The notes under the pieces were generated by a model. The model worked only from the letters and a program-made list of their open reading frames with translations. It searched no databases and was not told where the DNA came from. A stretch of DNA of 64,000 nt from Octopus vulgaris (lineage: Eukaryota): the NCBI GenBank assembly GCA_951406725.2, contig OX597830.1:21638001-21702000 (forward strand). The letters run 5' to 3'. Of this stretch, positions 27,410 through 39,140 are shown one piece after another (position 1 is the first letter of the stretch; each line of letters begins with the position of its first letter). Both the position numbers and the translations under genes were made by a program.

Positions 27410-27940
27410 CTTTATTTAATTCTAGCTTGACCAAGCCTAACGCACATCAGCAAGCGTACCGTATGACGTTCTAATATAACAACTCATTCGTTCTTTTCAG
27501 GCTGTGAAAGGTGAATTTGGGGTTCATAGTCACCAAGAAGGAGAATTTTCTCCCGAAGACTATTTTCCACAGCGAAAGGTCTTCCCATGTCCATATGTTC
27601 TCAAACATGTTAAATATAACTTTACACGAATATACTTTATTCACCTGTTGCTTCGTGAAACTTTATTTAATTCTAACTCGACCAAACCTTACGCACGTTG
27701 GCAGAGGTACCGTATGCTGTCCTAATATAAGAGTGAATTCGTTTTTCCGGGCTGGGAAATGCAAATTTGGCGTTCGAGACGCGAAAGAACCCAGAAACGC
27801 ATGCATCCTACGAGCCAATGATTTCATTTACAGCTCAAAATATTTTCATACCTCTCATCTAGGAGGAGTCTATTTACGCAGCGAAAGGTCTTTCGCGTTA
27901 ATATGAGTACATTAAATTTGACTTTACACAAATATGTTTG
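27410..27940. repeat. Old tandem duplication of a ~250-280-bp unit
   Basis: actttatttaattcta..t.gaccaa.cct.acgcac.t..gca...gtaccgtatg at 27409 and 27660; cagcgaaaggtctt and actttacac.aatat in both. Confidence 0.8.
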
Positions 27941-28149
27941 GCATTTCCTTTTCTTTACGGCAAATCGATGTTTTTCCCTATTTGATATCTGCTTGTACTC
28001 ATTAATCGCCGCTGCAAATCATCACTAAATACCTAGTAGCTATATATATTTATCCTTCCTTAACCCCAGGTGAATTTTAATTGAACAGGTCACCCTAAAT
28101 CGAAAATATTCCTCTCCGCACTCTTCACGACTTTCCAAGTTCCATCCTT

Positions 28150-28653
28150 CTATACATTTAGATACCTATTATATACAGTTATATATCCTATAATTATACA
28201 TTTAGCTAGATTGTGTATATAAATTCTACACTATATTACATTTAAATTGATGTTATATAAAATTACACACTAAATTTGTACCCTTAAACATACGGTATAT
28301 ATAAAGCCTATACTATTATATTACATTTAGTTATATTGTATATAAAGTATGTACTATAATTATGCATTTAAAAATAGATGGTGTATATAAATATAGAACT
28401 ATAATTACAAGCTTAAAATAGGTGATATACAAAATTCTATTCTATAAATATATATATTTAACTATAGGGTGTATATAAATACGATAGTATTTATAGTATA
28501 GTATAAATAATATGTACATTGATGTATGAATTCTGTTTAGAATTCGATTAGAAAGATATGCGTATGTACGTGCCTTTGTCTGTGTGTGTGTATGTGTGTG
28601 TGTGTGTGAGAGTGAGTATGTATATATCATTCATTTGTCTACTGACTCGTATA

Positions 28654-28693
<40 letters not shown>

Positions 28694-28778
28694 CATATAC
28701 ATAGATACACATATACATAGATACAAACACACACATGCCTATATATACATATATATAAGAAACTGTATACCTATATAC

Positions 28779-28825
<47 letters not shown>

Positions 28826-28833
28826 CGTGTGTG

Positions 28834-28878
<45 letters not shown>

Positions 28879-29210
28879 AATTTCTGCTTTTAGATTTAGC
28901 AAATGATGCATGCATTTATACACAATAAACCGATAAACATACATTTAGATAAACAGTGTATATAACATTCTTAACTGCTTTCATTTTGAAATATATATTA
29001 AAAAACAAAAACAACTACATGGCGCGCTTAAGATTGTAAAACTATAATTATAGACTTAGATATATGATGTATACAATTTCTACACTATAATTAAACATCT
29101 ATAATAGAAAAATGATACATAACATTGTGTAAAATAATTAGAGGCTTGATATGTAGCGGTGTATAAAAAACTCTACATACTAACTAATCTTACTTTAATT
29201 TAGATTAAGG
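28150..29210. repeat. Highly degenerate ~42-bp AT-rich minisatellite split by (TA)/(TG) tracts
   Basis: Recurring tacactataatt...catttaaa.agat..tgtatataaa units at 28150-28490 and 28940-29210. Confidence 0.6.
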
Positions 29211-29319
29211 TATCTTAATTCGTTGAACGCCGGTTTGTGGCTGACAGGGTTTGTGTTTTGTGTTTCTGTTGCGTTTGTGTCTTTCTTATGTTTGTGTGAA
29301 AGATTTCAGATGGATCTAT

Positions 29320-31601
29320 AATAGATTTGTTTGCTGTTGCTGTTGTTGTTACTGTTGTCGTTGCTGCTGTTGTTGTTGTTGTTGTTGTTTGGGAGAAAGG
29401 AAGGTGGGAGGGATGGATGGAGGAAAAGCTGGTGTAGAAATTGTTTATGAATGAAGACATTGAATCACAATGAATTACGTTTCTAAACAGGCGATGATAT
29501 ATAAGGAGGGCCGCATAAGGAGAGGCGACCACGGGATGGACATTGTGGCTGGTGGTGGTGGTGGTGGTGGTGGTGGTGATGTTAGTGATAGTAGCGTTGA
29601 TGATGGAGGTGTTGTGTTAATTCTAATGGTGGAGATGATGATGGTATTCATTCGTGACAGTGATGGTGGTGGTGGTGGTGGCGGCGTTGGTGGTGGTGGT
29701 AGTAGTGATCGTGATGGTAGAGATTGGGTGGTGGTTGTGAACGTGGTGCTAGTTGTCATAGTGGTGGTTGTGGTTATGGTAGTGGTGTGGTGGTGGTGGT
29801 GGTGATAGTGGTGGTGGTTTTGTGGTGGTGGTTTTGATGGTGATATATAAACACGTGCATATGTATGTGTGTTTGTGTGTGTTTAGTGGTTGTGCCTGTG
29901 ATGATGGTGGTAGCGGAGGCGGTAGTGGTTATAATGGTGATGGTTGTGGTTCTGGTGGTGGTGATGTTGGTTATAATGGTGATGGCTGTGGTTCTGATGT
30001 TGGTGGTGATGGTCGTCGTGGTCGTGGTTGTGGTGGCTACGGTGGTATGGCGGTGGTTGTGATAGTGGTGATGGTGCTGGTGGTGGTGGATGTGATGGTT
30101 GTGGTTGATGTGGTCATGGTGGTGTTATGGATGGTACTTCTCTTAATAAATGTTGATGGTGAGGTAGCGGTGGGGGATGGTATTGGTTGTCGCAGTGAGT
30201 TCCTAAGAGATAGTCATGATGAGGATGCTATGATGGAGGCGGAGGCAGTGTTGGTATGGCAGCGGTGGCGGCAACGACGACGACGCCGGTGGTAGTGGTC
30301 GTTGTTGTTGTTGTGGTGGTGGTGGTGCCGCTGATGGTATCGGAGGTTTGGGGATGGTGATGACGATGATGATGGTTGAGTGAGTGTCGGTGTTGTTGTT
30401 TATTGTTGGTAGTGGTGATGGTAGTAGTGGTAGGAGTGATAGATGTCTTAATGACGTTGTGGAGATAGTGGTGAGATGGTGGTGGTGTTGGTAATGGTAA
30501 AGGTGATGGTCATGATAGTCGTGCTGGTGGTTGTCGTCGTAGTTGAAATAGCGGAGATAATGATGATGATGATGATGAGGAGGAGGAGGAGGAGGAGGGG
30601 TAGAATGGTGCTGGTGGTGGTGGTGGTGGTGGTGACGACGACGATAAAGATAATGATGGTGGAGGAGGTGATGATGATGATGATGTTGATGGTGGAGGTG
30701 AGGATGATGATGATAATGATGATGGAAATGATGATGATGATGATGATGGTGGAGGCGGAGGCGGTGTTGGTATGGCGGCGGTGGCGGCGACGACGACGGC
30801 GGTGGTAGTGGTCGTTGTTGTTGTTGTTGTTGTTGTGGTGGTGGTGGTGGTGGTGGTGGTTAAATAATGCCTGAAGTAGTAACAGTTAAAGTTATAATGA
30901 TGTTGTTGCTGATCAATGATGAAAAGATGCTCCAGCTGTGACCATCTCGCCTTTTTTGTTGACACTGTTTACTTCGTTTCACATTATCATTAATATGCCC
31001 TTTTCTTTCTTTAAAAAAACCGTAAATAGTGATTTTCAGGTGATTTGGTCGCTGTTTCTAGCGTACCGAGCGACCACATAGAGCAGCCACGAGCAAACTG
31101 CGGCGCGCGGTCATTTCCGAATGGCAAGACAAACAAAACAAGTACCTAGAAATGTTTTGGTAGTGCGGCCCCTCTGATGGTGAGCTATCTCTCATGAGGC
31201 CCACTTCTCGGAAAATGTTGGCCATGTCTAGCATAGAGGGTTTCTTGTGAGTTCGTAATGGAAAGTTGTACTATTGGTAATGCTGTTGAGACCCTGATCG
31301 ACCTTAGATCGAGCAGAATTATTAGCAAAGATGTGACCATCGTAACCCTTAGCCCGCATTGTCTGATGTGCATTATTTTTAAAACAGTAGGCTGTTATTT
31401 AAGAGTGATTTGGCTCTTTTTTCTAGCAATTCAAGCGAGCGTGCAGAGTCAGTGAAGAGTAAAAGGGATGGTAAAGGCGACGACGAAGGCGGCGAATGCT
31501 GAGATGCTGTCGACGATGATGATGGTGACGACAACGTCATGATACCGATGGTGGTGGTGTTTGGTGGTGGTGGTGTGGTGTGGTGGTGGTGGTGGTGGTG
31601 G

Positions 31602-31632
<31 letters not shown>

Positions 31633-32155
31633 GCTGGTGGTGGTGGTGGTGGTGGTGGTGGTGGTGGTGGTGGTGGTGGTGGTGGTGGTGGTGGTGGTGG
31701 TGGTGGTGGTGGTGGTGGTGGTGGTGGTGGTGGTGGTGGTGGTGGTGGTGGTGGTGGTGGTGGTGGTGGTGGTGGTGGTGGGAGTAATTAGGCTGAGGAG
31801 AAGGACGGCGACGATAATAAATGCAATTAAGAATGATGACATGTACGTGCGTATCTATGTATTTATGTATCAGTTTGCATCTTTGTGTGTGTGTGTACGT
31901 GTGTGTGTGTATGTGTGTGTGCATATTTGTCTTTATGCAAGGAAGAGGGCAGGAAGTGTATGTATTTATGAGTGCACATCTGTATATGTGTGTATGTATG
32001 TATGTATGTATGTATGTATGTATGTATGTATATGTGTATGTATGTTATATGTATGTGTGAATGCATGTATGTATATATGTATGAATGTATGTGTGCATGT
32101 ATGTATATATGTATGTATGTGTGTATGTATATATGTATGTGTGTATGTATGTATG

Positions 32156-32186
<31 letters not shown>

Positions 32187-32297
32187 GTGTACTTATAGAT
32201 GTATGTGTGTATGTATATATGCATATATGTATGTATGCATGTATGTATGAATTTATGTATGTATATATGTATGTATGTGTGCGTGCATGTATGTACG

Positions 32298-32331
<34 letters not shown>

Positions 32332-33745
32332 TGTACGTATATATGTATGTATGTATGTGTCTATGTATGTACATATGCATAAATGTATGTATATATGTAT
32401 GTATGTATGTGTGTATGCATGCATACATGCATGTATGTATGTATGTATGTATGTAGGTAGGTAGGTAGGTAGGTAGGTAGGTAGGTAGGTAGGTAGGTAG
32501 GTATGTGTGTGTGCATGCATGCATGCATGCATGTATGTATGTATGTATGTATGTATGTATGTATGCATGCATGTATGTATGTATGTATGTATGTATGTAT
32601 GTATGTATGTATGTATGTATGTATGTATGTATGTATGTATGTATGTACAGACTCCATAATTTCTAATTGCGAAGTCTGAAGTTTCAATTTATAAAACAAC
32701 AGCGATTTCTTTATAAATTACTATTTTTCCTGTTCTGGTTGTTGTTGTTGTTGCTGTTGTTTTTGTTGTTCTTGTTGTTGTTGTTGTTGTTTGTTATTTT
32801 ACGCCATATAAAACACTGAATATGTCGTCGTTAATTCACATTGATAGGGTGAACAGTGGAATGGTGAGGCGCGATGGTGTGGTGGGGAGGCATACGGCAG
32901 CGGCGGGGGTCTGGGGTGGCGTGGGTGCAGGCTAGCGGTTGTGGGGAGGAAAGATAAGGGGGAGGCTGCCCTCATTATCCAAATGCTAATGAAATAGATG
33001 AGGTCGTGGGACAGAAATGTTTTACAAATATTAATAGAAAAGTCTTGTCAGCGTTGTCGTCGCCCTGCCGCCGCCGCCGCCACCGTTGTCATCATCATCA
33101 TCATGATTAACATGGTTATCATGATCATAGTTATCATGATCATCATCGGCATCATCCTCGTCGTCGTCCACTTCGTCGCCATCCCCATCACCACCACCAC
33201 CACCATCGTCGTCATCATCATCATCATCATCCTCATCGTCATCATCATCATTATCATAATCATCATCACCATCATCGTCATCGTCGTCGTCATCATCATC
33301 ATCATTATCGTCAGCGTCGTCGTCATCATCATCATCATCATAATCATCATCATCATCATCATAATCATCATCATCATCATCATTGACATCATTATTATCA
33401 TAATCATCATCCCCATCATCGTCATCGTCGTCGTCATCATCATCATCATTATCGTCAGCGTCGTCGTCATCATCATCATTATCATAATCCTCATCACCAT
33501 CATCGTCATCGTCGTCGTCATCATCATCATCATTATCGTCAGCGTCGTCGTCATCATCATCATCATCATCATCATCATTGACATCAACTTTTATCGCCGT
33601 CACAATTTTTAAACGAGCCATCATCGTCACCGAATTTACTGCTGCCACCTCCTCCACCGCCACCGCCACCTCCGCGGTCATCGCCGTCGCTATCATCATC
33701 GTCATCGCTGTAGTCATCATCATCATCATTATCATCATCATCATG
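29320..33745. repeat. Low-complexity block of trinucleotide (GGT, GAT, CAT/CGT) and (TATG)n tracts; similar blocks at 17240-17890, 22020-23620, 24250-25160, 50830-52070
   Basis: Direct reading; source of the poly-V/G/H/D/I and MYVC ORFs. Confidence 0.95.
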
Positions 33746-33956
33746 ACAACAGTGAACGGGAGTGGTGTAGAAGCTAAAATCCAAAACTGAAGAACGACAC
33801 GTTTATAGAATTACTAAAGAGACATTCACCTCGCTTTCAGCATCCAAACAATCATTTGGTCTTTCCTGCCGCCGCACTGATTTGAGGTGACGAGTCGTTA
33901 ATCGGATGGAGACATTCAACTAGAGCATTCGTGTGTGGGTGCACACACACATATAC

Positions 33957-33993
<37 letters not shown>

Positions 33994-34255
33994 GATTCTT
34001 TGATTCTTTTATTTGTTTCAGTCATTTGTCTGCGGCCATACTGGATCATCGCCTTTTAGTCGAACAAATCGACCCCGGGACAGAAGCAGGAAGTAAGAGT
34101 GAGAGAAAGCTGTGGTGAAAGAGTACAACAGGCGCTTTATGTGTTTTCCCTCAATAAACACTCATACCGCCCGCTCTGGGAATCGAAACCGCGATCCTAT
34201 GACCACGAGTCCGCTGCCCTAACCACTGGGCCATTGCGCCTCCGTGTGTGTGTGT

Positions 34256-34336
<81 letters not shown>

Positions 34337-34564
34337 TTATATATATATATATATAATAAATCTCTGAGCAAGGTATAAACAGTAGCTGCATGACATCGTG
34401 AAGTATATTTGCTATTTAAATGTGGCTAACCCCTAAGGGTGGATGCTACTGTAGTTTGTAGCCCCAGGAGGACACCTCCTCCAGCTGGTTATTGACACAC
34501 TTTCTGTGCCCTATCAGTATTTGCAAAGGGAAACCATCCTTCCCATCTTCAACCTGACATGATA

Positions 34565-34609
34565 CACACGGATTCGAGTTTCTGGGTATTGACCCGTCAT
34601 CAGCGTGTG
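34565..34609 (-). ncRNA. Minimal type I hammerhead ribozyme
   Basis: Minus strand CACACG-CUGAUGA-C-GGGU(CAAU)ACCC-A-GAAA-CUCGAA-UC-CGUGUG; perfect 6-bp stem I, 4-bp stem II, near-palindromic stem III (ACUCGA[A]U). Confidence 0.82.
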
Positions 34610-34622
34610 ACAATCACCGGTT

Positions 34623-36276
34623 TCTCTTTATTATAGGCACAATGGCCTGAATGAAGAGGGGACATAACAATACAATACAATACAATACAGGACATGGGGT
34701 ACATATAATAAAAATACAAAAAGGATGATATGAAATGAAATGAATTATTAACAATGAATTAAATGAAATGGCTTACGAGCCCCCCAAAGCTCGCAGTTTC
34801 ATTTACAATTACAGTTATACTATCTGGGGTGTTCGTCCGTAATGTAAACGAGTAATTCATCTTGCTCTATAACGCCGGGCAAACTGTCATATCGAACGTA
34901 ATGCACTATGGTTACAGCTGTATCTGAAAACAATTTTTTTAATTTATTAATTTATTTACCGTCTTTTTCCACTATTGCAGCCTTTATTGGGTTATCGTAT
35001 ATTCTCGGGTTCAATTTCACTCTCGTTAGATTTTTCGTTATTGCTAATTTTTTCTCAATTTCTTTATCTTTTGTGTACAATATTACAACTCTGAGATTCT
35101 TTCCTTTAGGTCTTCCTCCTTCCTTGCATGCTTTCAGACATTCTTCCACTTTTGCTGACCATTTTCCCATTCCTCCCACCTTGGACGCTCACTCACTCCA
35201 GCTGCTGTATTTCTTCCTTCGTGTGTTCGATCCTCTGTCTCGTCAGCATACTTCTTTTTAGTTTTTTTTCTTTTTTTGGTCTTTGGGTGGTGATTCCACC
35301 CGTGTTAGCTTTCTATCCTCTTTTTTTTCTGTTCTTTCCTCTTCTTTCTCCTTCACTAACTCGTCGTCACTTTCCATATTATCTCCTAAATCCTCTGTCA
35401 AAGCTCTTATTGCTTCCTTCAGTGTTATCTTCTTCACTTGTATTTCTCCTTCAGGACACACATCCTTCATGTGCCCTCTTCTCTTACATTTATAACACAC
35501 TGGAGGTCTCCCCTCCACCACGACTTTCAGTCGTGTCTCGTCGGGGAACACCAACTCCTCCGGGATGTTATACAAACCTGGCATGGTTATGTGGATTAAG
35601 GCTTCCACTGCATAACCCCACCAGTTTATTTCATTCGACTTTTCCACCTTAAGTATGTCTACGTTCTCCTTACAGTTGTAGATTATTGTAGCTACTATTC
35701 TTTCGGTATCAAGTTCCGGTGGGATTTTGCTTATTCGTATCCTCGCCGCTCTTCTACCGCAATAACTAGGGAGTAAAACCCATTTTTCCGATCTCAACAC
35801 TGTCGTTGCGTTCCTTTTCGCTTCATCTTCATTTTCGAAACGAACGTCTACCGTAGCGTATTTTCTACCTCTATTGTAGTAGGTAGTTCTTCCTTTTATT
35901 TCTTGTAGATATTTTTCATTCTCTTCCACTTCTGCTACTTCTATTCTTTTTGAGACCACATTCCATTTTCTGTACGTTATGATTTTTTTCTCCGCTTTTT
36001 TCACTTCGTCTTCAGGTGGTGTAACCCTCAGACAGTCTCCTTCCTTCTTAAAGCTGTTGTAGTATTTCCTCAGATTTTCCTTCTCGATAATGACTTCTTT
36101 TAACTGTAATACGTTCGCAGACAGGTTCCTACCTGCTGCTCCCGCATTAGTCTGGGCTTGCATACCCAACAAAGAATTCAACAAATCAACACGACGCAAC
36201 AGTTTGCAACGACAATAATCAACAAAATTCAACTCACAACCGCAAATCCGAAATAACGACACAAACACTTCCGCGC
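34623..36276 (-). mobile_element. ORF1-only (HAL1-like) non-autonomous non-LTR retroelement, 14-bp TSD
   Basis: TSD gacaatcaccggtt at 34609-34622 and 36277-36290; ~113-nt 5' UTR; gag-like ORF; no endonuclease or RT motifs seen; 3' end caggccattgtgcctataataaagaga. Confidence 0.85.
35258..36163 (-). CDS. Tx1/L1-type ORF1 (gag-like nucleic-acid-binding protein, RRM-like segments and CCHC zinc knuckle), 301 aa from ATG 36163
   Basis: MQAQTNAG...KYATVDVRFENEDEAKR...RIRISKIPPEL...VVVEGRPPV-CYKCKRRGHMKDVC (CX2CX4HX4C); stop follows an A-run; in-frame segment 34952-35179 is probably the disrupted C-terminus. Confidence 0.85.
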   Translation of the reverse strand: MQAQTNAGAAGRNLSANVLQLKEVIIEKENLRKYYNSFKKEGDCLRVTPPEDEVKKAEKKIITYRKWNVVSKRIEVAEVEENEKYLQEIKGRTTYYNRGRKYATVDVRFENEDEAKRNATTVLRSEKWVLLPSYCGRRAARIRISKIPPELDTERIVATIIYNCKENVDILKVEKSNEINWWGYAVEALIHITMPGLYNIPEELVFPDETRLKVVVEGRPPVCYKCKRRGHMKDVCPEGEIQVKKITLKEAIRALTEDLGDNMESDDELVKEKEEERTEKKEDRKLTRVESPPKDQKKKKN

Positions 36277-36562
36277 GACAATCACCGGTTGTAGACGAAA
36301 AATAGGCCTCCCTTTGCAAATATATATCCTTTTTCCAGTGACGAAAAGTCACTGATATCGAAAAAGTGTAAACAAGCAATAATAAATCTCTGAGTGAGGT
36401 ATAAACAGTAGCTGCACGACATCGTGAAGTATATTTGCCACTTAAATGTGGCTAACCCTTAAGGGTTGATGCTACTGTAGCTTGTAGCCCCAGGAGGACA
36501 CCTCCTCCAGCTGGCTACTGACACACTTTCTGTGCCCTGTCAGTATTTGCAAATACTGATAG

Positions 36563-36930
36563 TGAAGAGAGCTTGGTGACAGGATGCATTCTTAGCGCTC
36601 CACAGATCCGGTCGATTTCGCCGAATATCCTCCCTCAATCGCTTCAAAACGTCTTTGTTTATCCTCCGACGATCTTCATGCACAAGCTGATGTATTTTCT
36701 CCACATTTCCGGTAGTGGCGCTCGTGGCTTATCGTCTTCCAGGGACATTCTTCCGCTTTTGAAGATTTCGTGCCACTCGAAACATTGCTTACGACCCATT
36801 GCCTTCTCGCCGTAAGCTTGCTGAAGCATGCTCAATGTCTCTGTGGCGACTTACCAAGTTTAACGCAAAATGTCACGTTGGTTCTTTGTTCCAAATTCCT
36901 GTCGATGACAAAAATCGTAGACTACAGCAT
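36563..36930 (-). mobile_element. Mariner transposase N-terminal (HTH) relic, same family as 6747-7890
   Basis: DRNLEQRTNVTFCVKLGKS / TETLSMLQQAYGEKAMGRKQCFEWHEIFKSGRMSLEDD; resumes at ~37324-37352 after an S2 SINE. Confidence 0.85.
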
Positions 36931-36939
36931 ACTCTTACT

Positions 36940-37320
36940 CTTACTCTTTACTCTTTTACTTGTTTCAATCATTTTGACTTTAGTCGAGCAAATCGACCCC
37001 AGGACCTATTCTTTGTAAGCCTAGTACTTATTCTATCAGTCTCTTTTGCCGAACCGCTAATTTACGGGGACGTATACACACCTGCATCGGTTGTCAAGCG
37101 ATAGTGGGGGGTACAAACACACACACACAAACACACACACACATATATACATATACATATATACGACGGGTTTCTTTCAGTTTCCGTCTTCCAAATCCAC
37201 TCACAAGGCTTTGGTCGGTCCGAAGCTATAGTAGAAGACACTTGCCCAAGGTGCCACGCAGTGGGACTGAACCCGGAACTATGTGGTTCGTAAGCAAGCT
37301 ACTTCATACACAGCCATTCC
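36940..37320 (-). mobile_element. SINE S2 nested in the mariner relic
   Basis: S2 head, body and tail. Confidence 0.9.
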
Positions 37321-37480
37321 TATATCACAAAAACATAAATTCCACAACTTGCGATAGAATAAGTACTAGGCTTCCAAAGAATAAGTCCTGGGGTCGATTT
37401 GCCCGACTAAAGGCGGTGCTCCAGCATGGCTGCAGTCAAATGACTGAAACACGTAAAAGAGAGAAAATAAGTTATTTATT

Positions 37481-38260
37481 TTCTCTACTCTAGGCACAAG
37501 GCCAGAAATTTTGGGGGAGGGAGCCAATCGATTAGATCGGTCCCGGTACGTAACTGGTAGTTAATTTATCGACCCCGAAAGGATGAAAGGCAAAGTCGAC
37601 CGCGATGGAATTTGAACTCAGAACGTAAATACAGATGAAATACCTATTTCTTTACTACCCACAAGGGGCTATAGAGGACAAGGATCAACTCAAACTGCAT
37701 TATCGTGGAGCACAGAACCGACCAGTTAATTAAGTTTTGGAGTGATCTTGTTCAGTACGGATATCAAGGGGAATGGAAAATAAGAAGAGGTTACGATAAG
37801 ATGACCCGTTTCATCCGGAAGTGGAGAGAAAGGTATCCCTGAAAACTCGAGAAGAGACGTGGGGTGAATGTATACATCCCCTCCATCATATATTCTTTTC
37901 TACTCTAGGCACAAGGCCAGAAATTTTGGGGGAGGGAGCCAATCGATTAGATCGGTCCCGGTACGTAACTGGTAGTTAATTTATCGACCCCGAAAGGATG
38001 AAAGGCAAAGTCGACCGCGATGAAATTTGAACTCAGAACGTAAAGACAGACGAAATACTTATTTCTTTACTACCCACAAGGGGCTAAACACAGAGAGGAC
38101 AAACAAGGACAGACAAATGGATTAAGTCGATTATATCGACCCCGAAAGGATGAAAGGCAAAGTCGACCTCGGCAGATTTGAACTCAGAACATAGCAGCAG
38201 ACGAAATAACGCTAAGCATTTCGCCAGGCGTGGTAACGTTTCTGCCATCTCGCCGCCCTC
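37481..38260 (-). mobile_element. SINE S1 cluster (tail B plus tail A units, locally duplicated 37481-37670 / 37897-38086)
   Basis: Both copies share private variants ggccagaaa, tcggtcccggtac and gaccgcgatg. Confidence 0.88.
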
Positions 38261-38999
38261 CCTCCATCATATATTACTGTCTAACTATCGTGCATTACAC
38301 TTACCCCAGCGGACGCCAACCCGGCACTTCACGGTGTCGGGTTGGAATTACAGGTACTACACATTTCTCGAAGGTAACCAGGAGGTAGTCGTGACCTTAA
38401 CGTATTATCCAGGTGATAGGATGTGTTTGAGAGGAATTTGGTTTCTATTTCTACATGATCGAGCATCCATATACATGCTCCTTTACTAAATCATCCATCA
38501 GATTTACGAGCAGTTATTGGCTGGGTCAGTGACAAGTTGCTTGCTTGTTATAACTAATCTGCGGCGTGTTGTTGAGATTTGTCTTTATGGTTCTTTGTGT
38601 TATTTTGGCGCCCCAGCGGCACACCTGGCAGTACTAACGGTAAATAACCAGTCCGCTATGTATTAAGGCATGGATGATAATGAGTCAGGGCCATTGAAAT
38701 GGAGTGACGATTTGGTCATTTAGAACAATTATTGTACAGAATTATGGACGGATCGATGGGCGAGTGGATGTAGTTAGAGCGGGTGGGGGTATGGATATGT
38801 GGAGAGGAAGGGACGGATAGGACAGAGGACGGGCGGATGCGCTGAAAGAAGGATGATGGTCGGTGTAAAGGGGTTAGAGAGGTGTGGATGGATGGATGGA
38901 TGGATGGATGGATGGATGGATGGACAGATGGATGGATGGGTGGATGAATGGGTACGTGGAGGCGATTTGATGGATGGATGGAATGAGAATAGATAATTG

Positions 39000-39140
<141 letters not shown>

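Larger units (their letters stand above)
34354..36562 (-). repeat. Partially tandem ~358-nt structured repeat (Penelope pLTR or retrozyme-like), split by the ORF1-only insertion
   Basis: 174-bp direct repeat 34354-34527 / 36380-36553 (11 mismatches by my count); monomer = 34354-34622 plus 36291-36379; ends in foldback tcagtatttgcaaatactga. Confidence 0.8.

Noticed and set aside
31379-31924. Poly-His / poly-Gly / poly-Thr ORFs
   Set aside because: A single (GGT)n tract.
33031-33744. 237-aa Asp-rich ORF resembling an acidic biomineralisation protein
   Set aside because: Pure (GAT/GAC)n low complexity, open in several frames, no signal peptide or splice context.
36164-36379. First 72 residues of the 373-aa ORF in the track
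   Set aside because: They run through the TSD into the host repeat; the likely start is ATG 36163.
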